DNA of 64,000 bases from assembly GCA_044376115.1 (NCBI GenBank), contig JBILLK010000001.1:192001-256000 (forward strand), written 5' to 3'. This document shows positions 38,946 through 48,884 of this stretch, piece after piece. The position numbers and the translations under genes are program-made. Position 1 is the stretch's first letter, and each line of letters begins with the position of its first letter. Under the pieces are notes generated by a model. That model was not told where the DNA came from. It was given only the letters and a program-made list of their open reading frames with translations, and did not search any database. Origin of the DNA: Polyangiaceae bacterium. GTDB taxonomy: Bacteria; Myxococcota_A; Polyangia; Polyangiales; Polyangiaceae.

Positions 38946-39817
38946 TGGCAGGCCTCACTCAGTTCGCCAGGACAGGAGGTGTTTTCACAGGTTTGCAAGA
39001 TAGGCAAGCTGCGACATACGCCTTCCTCGGCGTCGCAGACGAGGGGAAAGACGCACAAGAGCGGTGTGTCGATGCAGCTGCCGCCTTCACCGATGGCGAC
39101 CTGACACACGACTTCGCCAGTTTCATTTTCTGCGCAGGCGTACCCCGGCTCGCACCCGTCCGGCGTGTGACACACCTCGTTCGCCTTGCTCGGGGGTCGA
39201 CATAGCCACGGGCCTGATGAACTCTCGACCGAGAGCCCGCACACGTGACCCTGCTCACAATTGCCGTAAACGCCGGCCTCACCCCGACATTCCTCACCCG
39301 GGGCGGTGGGCACGAACCAGACGCAGGTTGGCGTTGGTTCCGAGTCGTAAAGACAGAAGCGCGTTCCTTGCAGTGGCGATTTGCAGTCGTAGACGCCATC
39401 GCACGACTCTCCGGGGTTCTTTAGGCCGTCAGGGATGTCGGAAAACAACGTTGGGCAAACCTCTTGAAGGTCATGCGGCAGACGCAGCTCGGCGCAAGAA
39501 TCCGCGGCCCGGTAGCTGGAGAGGCACGCGGCGGCGTCTTTCATATCCACCGTGCGGTGCTCTTCCTCCGCCTCGATGAACGCAATGTAGGCCTCATTGC
39601 GCATCTTACGCCTGCATTCGTCGGTTGGCTTTGGCAGCGAAAGATCCGAGCAACACGGTGCAACACGAGAACAGATGATGTCGGCGAGCTCCAAGGAGAA
39701 CTCCTGACGCGCGTTCTCTTCCACGGGCTCCGTCTCGGGCGCACAAGCTAGGAGCCCAAAGCCGAGCGCGAGCGACGACGAGCCCGCAGCCCGGATGCCG
39801 ATGCTTGAGCGCGCCAT
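38942..39817 (-). CDS. Cys-rich lipoprotein
   Basis: Lipobox LLAC; repeated GExC...C..G..C modules. Start at ATG 39817 is inferred. Confidence 0.7.
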   Translation of the reverse strand: MARSSIGIRAAGSSSLALGFGLLACAPETEPVEENARQEFSLELADIICSRVAPCCSDLSLPKPTDECRRKMRNEAYIAFIEAEEEHRTVDMKDAAACLSSYRAADSCAELRLPHDLQEVCPTLFSDIPDGLKNPGESCDGVYDCKSPLQGTRFCLYDSEPTPTCVWFVPTAPGEECRGEAGVYGNCEQGHVCGLSVESSSGPWLCRPPSKANEVCHTPDGCEPGYACAENETGEVVCQVAIGEGGSCIDTPLLCVFPLVCDAEEGVCRSLPILQTCENTSCPGELSEACQ

Positions 39818-39906
39818 GCCGGAGATTGTCCGGGCCCCAGCGAGCTGAGTCAACGACCGATTCCTTCGTGCTTGGCGCGCGAGTTCGGGTTGCATACCGT
39901 GGGCGC

Positions 39907-40497
39907 GTGATGGCCAAAGTAGGCGACAAGATCCCCCCGTTTGAACTGCCGACCGATGACGGCGCCACCTTCAAGTTTCCCACCGGTGGCACGACCGTCG
40001 TTTACTTCTACCCGCGCGACAACACGCCGGGTTGCACCCGCGAAGCGATCGATTTCTCGGCTCATCGTGCGGCCTTCGACAAGGCCGGCGTGAAGGTTGT
40101 TGGCGTTAGCAAAGACAGCCCCAAGAGCCACGCTGGTTTTCGTGAGAAGCACAAGCTCACGATCCAACTCGTGTCTGACGTCGAGCTTGTGGTGCACCGG
40201 ATCTTCGGCGCATTTGGCGAGAAGGTGATGTACGGCAAGAAGGTCGAAGGCACCATTCGCTCAACCTTCCTGCTCGACGGCGCGGGAGTGATTTCTGCGG
40301 TGTGGCCGTCGGTGAAGGTGGATGGCCACGCAGAAGCGGTGCTGCGCGCTGTGACGGGAGAAGCACCTACCGCGAAGAAGCCCGCCGCCGCGAAGAAGCC
40401 TGCCGCTGCGAAGAAGCCTGCCGCTGCGAAGAAGCCCGCCGCTGCGAAGAAACCCGCCGCTGCGAAGAAGCCCGCCGCGAAGAAGCCCGCCAAGTAG
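39907..40497 (+). CDS. bcp: BCP/PrxQ peroxiredoxin (1-Cys type) with Lys/Ala/Pro-rich C-terminal tail
   Basis: YFYPRDNTPGCTREA, GVSKDS, IRSTFL, VKVDGHAE; only one Cys in the protein. Confidence 0.9.
   Translation: MMAKVGDKIPPFELPTDDGATFKFPTGGTTVVYFYPRDNTPGCTREAIDFSAHRAAFDKAGVKVVGVSKDSPKSHAGFREKHKLTIQLVSDVELVVHRIFGAFGEKVMYGKKVEGTIRSTFLLDGAGVISAVWPSVKVDGHAEAVLRAVTGEAPTAKKPAAAKKPAAAKKPAAAKKPAAAKKPAAAKKPAAKKPAK
40372..40494 (+). repeat. Coding tandem repeat, ~18-bp unit (AKKPAA), 7 KKP units
   Basis: GCGAAGAAGCC(C/T)GCCGC(C/T) units that vary at third codon positions. Confidence 0.9.
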
Positions 40498-40518
40498 CTC
40501 CCGCTACGATCTGAGCGA

Positions 40519-42330
40519 ATGCGCGAGCCTGCCACGCCGGAAGACGAGATTGCACGCGGCGGGCGCTTGGCTGGTGCAGCTCCGAGCGCCGAGTTCGAGC
40601 CGGAGCTTCCGGCGCCCCGGGAGTATCGCCCTCGGCCCTCGCGCAGGAAGGGCGTGCTCGTTGCTGCGGGCACGGCGGTGGTATTTGCCAGCGCTTTGGG
40701 GGCGTTTGGTCTGCACCAACGCCGAACGGCTGTGGAGGCGGCGGAGCGCGGTCATGCGGATCTCTTGCAGTGCTTGATCGGCGAATCAGCGGACTCTCCT
40801 GATGAAGCGGTGCTGTTCCTGAGACGGCATCAAGTTGCGCTGATGACTCGTAGCGAGGAAGCGCGTGGTGGCAAAGGCGCTGCCTGGCCGGAGCGCTGTG
40901 CCGAACCGGCGCTGCGCGTCGCGAAGGCGGCGGGTCCTGCTGGCTTTGCCGTGGTGGGCAACAAGGGGCTAGGCCCCGATGCCGCAGCGCTGGCCGAGCT
41001 GCTCACAGATCAGGGCTTCTCTCCAAAGCTGTGGGATGCGCTGCACAGCTACCTCGACTCGGCAAAGCGCGAACGACTCCGCTCGCGCACCTCGCTGGTA
41101 TTGCCGCCGCCGGCACACCCACGGGCGTTGACCCTCGATGACCTTCCGCCGAGCGCTTTTGTCACGCGCTCCGCGGTGCCGCTACGCAGCCTCGAGACCA
41201 GCTCCTTTCCGAGCGACCAAGCGTTCTTCTTCGTCGACCATCGCGAGGCCAAGGGACCGTTTGTCTGCTTCGTACGCAACACGCAGTTAGCCTGTGAACA
41301 CGTCGCCCCGACGCTGCGCAAAGCGAAGCGACTTCATGTCCTCGGGACCGCCGATCCAGGCGTTGCGCCGCTGTTGATTGAGGAGGCAGGCGGCGTTTAT
41401 CGCTCGGACACCGGCAGTCGAGTGGAGAAGCTCGCCGCAACCAGCGCCTATCGCCGAAGAGACCAGCTCGTAGTTCTCCTCGGCCTACAGGAGGGCCGCG
41501 TCACTTACGCGATTCAACGCAAAGACAACGGGCCAACGGTAGCGCTGGATCTAGTCGAGGAGCTCACCAGGCTTTTCGACGGCGAGCTCGAGCAACTGGA
41601 GCCCGCCCGGGATTTGCTACTCGCGCATGGTCAGCTGTTCGTGCGCAAGAGAGACCAAAACGGCTCCAACCTTTTTGCCCTCGCAGTCACCGAGGACGGC
41701 CGTCTGGGGTCCCCTCGAGATCTGGGGATGCCCGACGTGAGCGGACCGCTCGCAGACGCGCTTTACGGGTGCAGCTCGAAGGAGGGCCTCGTGCTGCGCG
41801 TGCACGGAGCGCAAGCCGACGCCGTAGCGACGCTGAACGGCGGGCGGCTCAGCACCTGGGCGACAACCGATGCACGACTGCAGGGAGCTGACGTTGCGAA
41901 AAGCTGTGAGCCGGGGAGCTATCGGACGTTCACAGCCAACGCCGTTCAGACTTGCCGTGGAGCAAGCTGTGACACGCAGCGTTTACGCTTCGAGCCGAAG
42001 GCCGAACTGGCTGCGCGGCCAGGTACCCGAAGCCTCGCGCCCATCGCCGGCGATCTGCTCTTCGTGTGGGCGGCGGCGGAGCTTGGTGCGGTGCGCACGA
42101 AGCGCGGCAGCAGCACCACCATCGACGAGAGCGACGACAGCGTCCTTTTCGACGATCGCATCGTGGATGGGAAGCTGAGCGAGCTACCGAGCGTTAGCGA
42201 GCTTCGCGTTTGGGGTGGGGAAAGCGGCGCCCTGGTGTTGATGCAAACCGCAAAAGGGCTTGCTTCCCTGAGCCTTCAGGCTGACGGAACCGTGCAACCC
42301 ACGCCGGTCGAGTGGGACGCAGGCCGCTAA
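40519..42330 (+). CDS. Hypothetical single-TM protein with large extracytoplasmic domain (paralogue 1)
   Basis: N-terminal TM helix; CLIGE and WPERCA motifs shared with the next gene. Confidence 0.7.
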   Translation: MREPATPEDEIARGGRLAGAAPSAEFEPELPAPREYRPRPSRRKGVLVAAGTAVVFASALGAFGLHQRRTAVEAAERGHADLLQCLIGESADSPDEAVLFLRRHQVALMTRSEEARGGKGAAWPERCAEPALRVAKAAGPAGFAVVGNKGLGPDAAALAELLTDQGFSPKLWDALHSYLDSAKRERLRSRTSLVLPPPAHPRALTLDDLPPSAFVTRSAVPLRSLETSSFPSDQAFFFVDHREAKGPFVCFVRNTQLACEHVAPTLRKAKRLHVLGTADPGVAPLLIEEAGGVYRSDTGSRVEKLAATSAYRRRDQLVVLLGLQEGRVTYAIQRKDNGPTVALDLVEELTRLFDGELEQLEPARDLLLAHGQLFVRKRDQNGSNLFALAVTEDGRLGSPRDLGMPDVSGPLADALYGCSSKEGLVLRVHGAQADAVATLNGGRLSTWATTDARLQGADVAKSCEPGSYRTFTANAVQTCRGASCDTQRLRFEPKAELAARPGTRSLAPIAGDLLFVWAAAELGAVRTKRGSSTTIDESDDSVLFDDRIVDGKLSELPSVSELRVWGGESGALVLMQTAKGLASLSLQADGTVQPTPVEWDAGR

Positions 42331-42352
42331 AAAAACCGAACTCATTCCTTCC

Positions 42353-43933
42353 ATGTCGACGCTCAAAAAGGCCGCACCCTTTGTTGTTCTCCTGACCATT
42401 GGTGGTCTGTTCGCTGGTACCTGGGCCGTGTACTCCGGCACCAAAGAGAAGCAGCGGAAGGCGCGCGAGGACGCCTTTGCTGAGCTCTCGGTTTGTCTGC
42501 TTGGAGAGAAGGTCCCCTCCGGGGACGACACCATCAACGGCATCAACGCGGCGCAAGCGAGGTTGGCTCACGCGGTGGATTCGGCTCGTGGAGCCGTCGA
42601 CGGAAAGCCGTGGCCGCAGCGTTGCGCTGGGGAAGCCAAGTCGATGATGGAGGCGGTTCGGCTGTCGAGCCTGATGGACGAGACCGCCAAGGTGGACCTA
42701 CTCAAGGTGCTTGACGAGCTTGGCAAAGAGCTCGAGCTACCGCGGTCGCAAGACAACTACCTCGCTCGCGGCGTACTCGCCGTTTGGCGCAGCGCCGAGA
42801 AGAGCGGCGTACTGATGGGAGAGGCCAGCAAATCCCAAGGGCCACCGCGTTTGAAGCCGCTTGGAGCGAGCCCCGAGGTTCCTTTCTCGGGTCTCTATTC
42901 GGTTCCTGGAGGCCCGAACTGGGCCTTCCTCACCGACCGCAAAGATAAGCCGGACGTGCTCGCGGCGTGCCATCTGACAGCCAACGATCTCAGCTGCAGA
43001 GAGTTCTCTTCGAGCGGGAAGATCACCACCAACTGCAGTTGGGACAGCTTCGATTACTTGCCGCTCGCCGAAGACCGGCAGTTGAAAGTGCTGCACCAAG
43101 GCCAGCTTGTCCCGGTCGACGTCGGACTCGTGGACAGCTGCCACATCGACGCGGCCGGCAACTTCTACGGCGTTGGCAGCTCCACGGAGGAACGGCAGCT
43201 CATCTTCAAACCGTTCGGCAAGAAGGCCCTGAGCAAGCGGCTCAGTCGCGTGCTCCGCGACGCTGAGCTCGCCGAGGAAGACAACCTTGGAGTCGCTCGT
43301 TTCATCGTCGGTACGACGCTGGTCGTGGATTTGGGTGAGACCCTGCACGCCATCGCGCTCGGCCCGGAGGCAGCGCTCGAGGGAAAGGCCACCAAGCTCG
43401 CGCAGAGCCCCAAAGACCGCTACGAGTTCGTGCGAGCAGGAGCCACTTGGTACCTCCGCACGCTCGGTAGCAGCCTCAGCTTACGGACGTTCGATGGCAA
43501 GGTGCTGGGTGAGCCGGTGGTTCCACCCGCGCCGTTCGTCGGTACGCCCAACCCCTCGGGCTTCCTCTTCACCGCTAGCAGCGTTTGCTCCGCCAAGGGC
43601 TGTCGTTCATGGATCGACGAGACCAGCGCGGAAGCCTTTCGAGTAGGCACCGGTCGCATGCCCAGCCGGGACATGGCGGGAGAACGCTTGGTGCTTGGTT
43701 GGGCTGCCAAGGAGGGGCAAGGGGTCATGCTGCGCGTGAGCGAGCTCGGTGCCCCCGCGCCGGCCGACCAAGACGTGCTGATCTCCGAACGCTCGGATCC
43801 GAAAAACACCGCCATCCTCGTGTTCGGAGACCCGAACGGCGCCATGGTCCTCGCCGAGATCGAAAAGCGTGTCGTCGGCGCCAGGGTCAAGGCTGACGGC
43901 AGCGTCGGCCCCGTGGTGGTCAAGTACGAGTAG
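42353..43933 (+). CDS. Hypothetical single-TM protein with large extracytoplasmic domain (paralogue 2)
   Basis: N-terminal TM helix; CLLGE and WPQRCA motifs. Confidence 0.75.
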   Translation: MSTLKKAAPFVVLLTIGGLFAGTWAVYSGTKEKQRKAREDAFAELSVCLLGEKVPSGDDTINGINAAQARLAHAVDSARGAVDGKPWPQRCAGEAKSMMEAVRLSSLMDETAKVDLLKVLDELGKELELPRSQDNYLARGVLAVWRSAEKSGVLMGEASKSQGPPRLKPLGASPEVPFSGLYSVPGGPNWAFLTDRKDKPDVLAACHLTANDLSCREFSSSGKITTNCSWDSFDYLPLAEDRQLKVLHQGQLVPVDVGLVDSCHIDAAGNFYGVGSSTEERQLIFKPFGKKALSKRLSRVLRDAELAEEDNLGVARFIVGTTLVVDLGETLHAIALGPEAALEGKATKLAQSPKDRYEFVRAGATWYLRTLGSSLSLRTFDGKVLGEPVVPPAPFVGTPNPSGFLFTASSVCSAKGCRSWIDETSAEAFRVGTGRMPSRDMAGERLVLGWAAKEGQGVMLRVSELGAPAPADQDVLISERSDPKNTAILVFGDPNGAMVLAEIEKRVVGARVKADGSVGPVVVKYE

Positions 43934-43985
43934 CTGGAGAGGAAAGCGCTACCGCGCGCACGGTTGATCGGGCAGCATTGCGCCG

Positions 43986-46900
43986 ATGTCGCGACTTTCA
44001 GGGACTCTTGGCTCGGTAGCGTTTGCGTTGGCGACGAGCTTCGCTGGGACCAGCCTGCTGGGCTGTCACCCCACAGCACCGGTGGCGCCGCTCAATTCAA
44101 ACGCCCAAGGCTCGTCCAAAGCCTTCGTCGCGGCCTTCCATGCCGAGATGCGCGACCCGCTCGCGGCACAGGGTTACTTGGACGCAATCCAATTTGCCGC
44201 CGAGAATCCAGGAGATCCGCACGCACTGGCCACAACGGCGGCGAGCCTGGACGTCCTCGTCGACGGTGGCGTCGGCTTCGCGCTCGCCTATCGCAGCCGC
44301 GAGAACTTTCAGCGCATCGCGATCGGCCTGCGCGAGGCCTGGACGACGCTCGAAGGAGCGAGCGCCGTTTCCGCGCCGTTCCAACGCATGCTCCTCGCCC
44401 GAGCCCTCGCCGGTATGGCGACCTTCACCGGTGAGCAAGGTGGTGCCACCGTTTGGCGCAGTCGACGCGGCTGTGCTGCGGGTGCGACGGTAATCGGGCC
44501 GTTGGATCTTGCGCCGTTGACTGCGCTCGAAGGGCCCAGCAAGACGCCGGGCACCGGGTCACTTCCCGCAGCGTACGAGAGTCCGAACGTCTTCGTTCAA
44601 GCGGCGACCTCGAGCGTTACAGCGGCCGACTGTTCGGTGGAGACCGGCGGCGCGAGCGACAAACCCGGGCTTCGAGAGGTGGTCTTCCACGTCGAGAATC
44701 CGAAGGACCAACGGCTGTCGCTGATGCTCAGCGCGGGTTCGGCGTGGTCGTTGGAGGTCGCTGGCACCAAGCTGATGGAGCGTCGCTTCGACACCGACTG
44801 GGGGACATCGACGGCGTTGGGTCATGTACAGGTGACGAGCGGCCTCGCGCGCATCGTGCTGCGGCTGGCCGATCGCGGAGATGGTGGGCCGGTCGAGTTG
44901 ATGGTGCTCGATCAGAACGGGCTGCCACTGCAGGCTCGCTCGGCCAACGCCGATGAGGCGACGACGTCGCTTGCGTCCAACGCCAACGAGCTTCCGCTGC
45001 TCACCAAGAGCGCTAAAGAGGAGGACATCATCGTGAGTGCCGCAGCGCTGATGGCGATGGGCGACGCTCGGCGCAGCGAGCACCTGCTCGAAGCTGCGCT
45101 GCTTGCGCAACGGGAGAATCGGGCACCGGCGTTGCATCTCTTGTTCATGCGCTCGATGGACCGCGCCTCCGACATGGCCGACTGGGCCAAGACCGAACGG
45201 ATGAAGGCGTCGATCGACGTTGTGCGCAAAGCCGAGCCGAGCTCCTGGGAAGCGAAGAACGCCGCTGCAAACATGTCCCAGCGACGCAAAGGCTTCAGCG
45301 ATGGTGGCTTCGAGGCGCTGGTCGAGCTCGGCATTCGCAAGCCCGACGCAGACCTTTCCGCGCTCAACGTGATGGAGCTCAACCTGGCGCTTTCGCTCGC
45401 GCAACAAGCGAACATGAACGACCTCGCCGAACGCGTCTTCGTCGAGCTGTCGAAGAAGGCGCCGGGCGCTCCGATGGTCGCGGCGATCGAATCGTCGCTC
45501 CATCAACGCAGCGGCAAAGAATGGCTTTCGGTGGCCTGTGAAGGCGGGCTGTCACGAGCTTCAAGCATTTGTGCGGAGGCCCGCCTCTCGCAAGGAGACA
45601 AGCGCGGGGCGCTCGAGGAGTACGCTCGTCTGCGCAAGTTGCTCGGCTCGCCGGAGGCCTATCGCTCTGCCGAGGTGAACATCCTGCAGCAGCTCGGTCA
45701 GGACAAAGAGGCGATCAGCCTGTACTTCTCCTTACCGCGCTGGAACCGCTCGCTCACGTCGATTCTCCCGGCGCTCGTGCGCATGCCCGACCGAGAAGCT
45801 GGGCGCGCCTTGGCGATGAAGGAGCTGATCGAGGACCGCAGCCGCGAGTACACCATTCAAACGGTGGAGCTGGCCTTCAGCGAGCCTTCGGAGGACGCCA
45901 AGCGCTTCGAAGAGGCGGGAAAGCGGTTGGTGGAGGCCGACAAGAAGCAGAACGCGCTTCCGGGTGCCGCAACCGCCGTTCTCAAACACGTCGAACACTA
46001 CGGGATGGACGAGGACGGGCTGACGAAGGTCATCATCTACGACCTGCGCCGAATCGCGGGCACGACCGACGTCGATCGCACTATGTTCGTGGACCAGCCC
46101 ACCGTCGATGGACGCGGCTACGTACGGCCGCTGCGGCGGCGAGTGCACAAGGTGGATGGCCGCGTGCTCGAGGCCGACGTTGCCGGCGGCGGGCTAAGCC
46201 AGCTCGAGAAGGGGGACTACGTCGAGCACTACCTCGAGGGCTATTACCGCCCCAACGAGCTGGGCGAGATCACCGTCGACACGCCGGATCTTCTCCCTGA
46301 GCGAACCAGCGTTGCGGACGCCGAGGTGGTGTTGCGGCTACCGCAGTCCTTCAAGCCGGCGTTCTGGACGCACCCGCTTTTGGGCAAGCCAGTCGAAGAA
46401 ACCAAGGGCAACTATCGCTTCCTCAGCTTCAAGTTGAAGGACCGTGAGGCCCGGCGGATGGAAGACGGGTTGCCCTTCCTCGAGCGCGGCGTTCGCATTT
46501 CCTTCGGCACCCAAACCTGGGACAAAGTTGGGCGCGCCGTGGGCGAAAACATGCGCGGCCTGGTAGACCGGGATCCGTTCATTGCGCGCTTCGCGGAAGA
46601 AGCGCTGGTGGGCGCCGAGGAATCGACGGATGAAGCGGCGACCGTCCGTCGCGTGGTCGAGCACGTCGGGAAGACGGTGAAGGTTGCGAGCGGCGGCGGT
46701 GAGTTCGCCGATTTCGCTGGGTTCTCGGGAGGCGGTGGGCGCGGCATGGCGATGCGCGCCATCGTCGAGGAAGGCACCGGCAGCCGCACCTTCGTGTTGC
46801 TGACGACCTTGCGCGAGCTCGGCATCGACGCCGACGTTGCAGTCTCCGAGGTCGAGCCGTTCTCCGCCGCACCCAACTTTCCCCCGCACCCCGGGCGCTT

Positions 46901-47717
46901 CCAAAAGCCGCTGGTCGTTGCGCACCTCGAGTCGGGCGATTTGTGGATCGACTCGGACGTATCGGGGCCGCCACTACCTCCAGGCCGTGTGAGCCCCGAG
47001 TTGCGCGGACGCCAGGCCATCCTGAGCGACGGTGAGATCGTGCCGGTTCCGGTCCAAGCCGAGACGGCGATCGACACGGTCGCGCTCGATCTCACGCTCG
47101 ATCCAACGGGCACCGCCAAAGGCAAAGTATCGATCGTGCTGCGCAGCCGTGACGCTCAGTCGCTGGCCGAGTCGTTCAACTATGTGGTCGGCAGCGACCG
47201 CACCAACATGCTGCGCAGCGTGGTCGCGAGCTGGCTGCCCTGGGCCAGCATCGACGACGTGCAACTCGTATCGAAGGAAGGCGCTTGGGAGGTCGAACTG
47301 GCAGCTACGGTCACCATTCCCGGCTTTGGCAGCGTGGACACGAAAGACGGTAAGACCTGGGTGATCCCAGGGTACGAGCCGGCGCGCGCTGGGACCCTCG
47401 CGTCCATCTGGGGGACGAAGATCGAGCGGGACAGCAGTCTGAACATCGATATGCCGATCCAATATCAACTCACCCGCACCGTCACGTTGCCGTCGGGCGC
47501 CAAGGTTGAAAAGCTCCCCGCCGGAGTCGATCAGAAGAGCGGCTTCGTTCAAGCCAAGCGCAGCCTTTCGAACGAGGGCAACAAGCTCACCGAGACCTTC
47601 ACCATGAACGTCACCACCGGCACCGTGGATCTCGCTGACTACCGCGCCTTCCTGAAGGACGTGCGTGCGGTGGATGCGGGCTTCCTCTCAGGCGTGCGCG
47701 TTCGCGTGAAAGACTAG
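43986..47717 (+). CDS. Large lipoprotein: TPR-like region + DUF3857/transglutaminase-like + C-terminal beta domain
   Basis: Lipobox LLGC; RVHKVDGRV, LEKGDYVE, LRELGIDA and LWIDSD match the DUF3857-TGase architecture. Confidence 0.7.
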   Translation: MSRLSGTLGSVAFALATSFAGTSLLGCHPTAPVAPLNSNAQGSSKAFVAAFHAEMRDPLAAQGYLDAIQFAAENPGDPHALATTAASLDVLVDGGVGFALAYRSRENFQRIAIGLREAWTTLEGASAVSAPFQRMLLARALAGMATFTGEQGGATVWRSRRGCAAGATVIGPLDLAPLTALEGPSKTPGTGSLPAAYESPNVFVQAATSSVTAADCSVETGGASDKPGLREVVFHVENPKDQRLSLMLSAGSAWSLEVAGTKLMERRFDTDWGTSTALGHVQVTSGLARIVLRLADRGDGGPVELMVLDQNGLPLQARSANADEATTSLASNANELPLLTKSAKEEDIIVSAAALMAMGDARRSEHLLEAALLAQRENRAPALHLLFMRSMDRASDMADWAKTERMKASIDVVRKAEPSSWEAKNAAANMSQRRKGFSDGGFEALVELGIRKPDADLSALNVMELNLALSLAQQANMNDLAERVFVELSKKAPGAPMVAAIESSLHQRSGKEWLSVACEGGLSRASSICAEARLSQGDKRGALEEYARLRKLLGSPEAYRSAEVNILQQLGQDKEAISLYFSLPRWNRSLTSILPALVRMPDREAGRALAMKELIEDRSREYTIQTVELAFSEPSEDAKRFEEAGKRLVEADKKQNALPGAATAVLKHVEHYGMDEDGLTKVIIYDLRRIAGTTDVDRTMFVDQPTVDGRGYVRPLRRRVHKVDGRVLEADVAGGGLSQLEKGDYVEHYLEGYYRPNELGEITVDTPDLLPERTSVADAEVVLRLPQSFKPAFWTHPLLGKPVEETKGNYRFLSFKLKDREARRMEDGLPFLERGVRISFGTQTWDKVGRAVGENMRGLVDRDPFIARFAEEALVGAEESTDEAATVRRVVEHVGKTVKVASGGGEFADFAGFSGGGGRGMAMRAIVEEGTGSRTFVLLTTLRELGIDADVAVSEVEPFSAAPNFPPHPGRFQKPLVVAHLESGDLWIDSDVSGPPLPPGRVSPELRGRQAILSDGEIVPVPVQAETAIDTVALDLTLDPTGTAKGKVSIVLRSRDAQSLAESFNYVVGSDRTNMLRSVVASWLPWASIDDVQLVSKEGAWEVELAATVTIPGFGSVDTKDGKTWVIPGYEPARAGTLASIWGTKIERDSSLNIDMPIQYQLTRTVTLPSGAKVEKLPAGVDQKSGFVQAKRSLSNEGNKLTETFTMNVTTGTVDLADYRAFLKDVRAVDAGFLSGVRVRVKD

Positions 47718-48805
47718 TGACGACGCTCGTACTCGAACCGAACGTGGCGCTGGCGCCGCGCACGACGCTGGGCGTTGGGGGGCCGGCGCAGTTTTTTGCA
47801 GAGGTGACGACGAAGGACGCGCTGCTCGAAGCGCTGCGCGTAGTGAAAGAACGCGAGCTTCCGTTCACCGTGTTGGGCGGCGGCTCGAACGTAGTGGTGA
47901 GTGATCGCGGGGTGCCCGGGCTGGTGCTTCGCGTCGCCATCGGTGGGCTGGATTTCGAGCGCGTGGACGGCGGCTTCGTCCAGGTGAAGGTCGGCGCTGG
48001 CGAGAGCTGGGATCGATTCGTCGCCGCGTGCGTCGAACGCGACCTGGCCGGGCTCGAATGCCTCAGCGGTATCCCGGGAGATTGCGGCGGAACGCCGATC
48101 CAAAATGTGGGCGCTTACGGTCAGGAGGTCGCCGACACGATTGTGGACGTCGACACGATCGACGTGGATACGGGCGTCAGCCAAACGGTGGACCGGGAGG
48201 CTTGCGACTTTCGTTACCGCTACAGCCGCTTCAAAGCCGAGTGGCGCGCCGTTCGGATCGTCACCGCGGTCACCTTCAAGCTTCGAGAGAGCGGCGCACC
48301 CTCGCTGCGCTACGGCGAACTGACCCAGCGCTTCGGCGAACACAAGCCGACCTTGGCCGAGACTCGCGCCGCGGTGCTCGAACTGCGCCGTGCGAAGTCG
48401 ATGGTGCTCGATGCGAGCGACGAGAACACGAAGAGCGCCGGTTCGTTCTTCACCAACCCCATCGTCAGCGAGGCGCAGGCGGAGGAGGTCGAGCAGCGTG
48501 CGCGCGGCCTCGGCGCCCAGCTCAAGATGCCTCGCTTCCCTTCGAGCGAGGGCACCAAGCTCGCGGCTGGCTGGTTGATTGAGAACGCCGGCTTCGCCAA
48601 AGGAACCTCCTTCGGCCGAGTTGGCCTCTCGACGCGTCACGCGCTCGCGTTGGTCAATCGCGGCGGCGCCAGCGCAGAGGACGTGCGGCAGGCCGCATTG
48701 ACGATCAAGCGCGGCGTGTTCGACGCTTTCGGGGTAAAGCTCGTGCCTGAGCCTGAATGGCTTGGCTTCAACGACGATGAGCTAGCCGAACTGCGCGCGC
48801 GCTGA
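47717..48805 (+). CDS. murB: UDP-N-acetylmuramate dehydrogenase
   Basis: TTLGVGGPA, LGGGSN, GLECLSGIPG, IQNVGAYG, FRYRYSRFK, SAGSFFTNP, HALALVN, LVPEP. Confidence 0.97.
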   Translation: MTTLVLEPNVALAPRTTLGVGGPAQFFAEVTTKDALLEALRVVKERELPFTVLGGGSNVVVSDRGVPGLVLRVAIGGLDFERVDGGFVQVKVGAGESWDRFVAACVERDLAGLECLSGIPGDCGGTPIQNVGAYGQEVADTIVDVDTIDVDTGVSQTVDREACDFRYRYSRFKAEWRAVRIVTAVTFKLRESGAPSLRYGELTQRFGEHKPTLAETRAAVLELRRAKSMVLDASDENTKSAGSFFTNPIVSEAQAEEVEQRARGLGAQLKMPRFPSSEGTKLAAGWLIENAGFAKGTSFGRVGLSTRHALALVNRGGASAEDVRQAALTIKRGVFDAFGVKLVPEPEWLGFNDDELAELRAR

Positions 48806-48824
48806 AGCGAACGGCGGACACGCG

Positions 48825-48863
48825 AAACCCTGCCGAGAACCTAACGGGCTCCGGGCAGGGTTT
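48825..48863. terminator. Probable bidirectional terminator between murB and the gltJ-like gene
   Basis: AAACCCTGCC...GGCAGGGTTT inverted repeat between convergent genes. Confidence 0.6.
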
Positions 48864-48884
48864 GAGCGGCTGCTAGTGATGCTG

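Noticed and set aside
40372..40494. 18-bp repeats as a non-coding or iteron element
   Set aside because: They lie in frame within bcp and vary at wobble positions.
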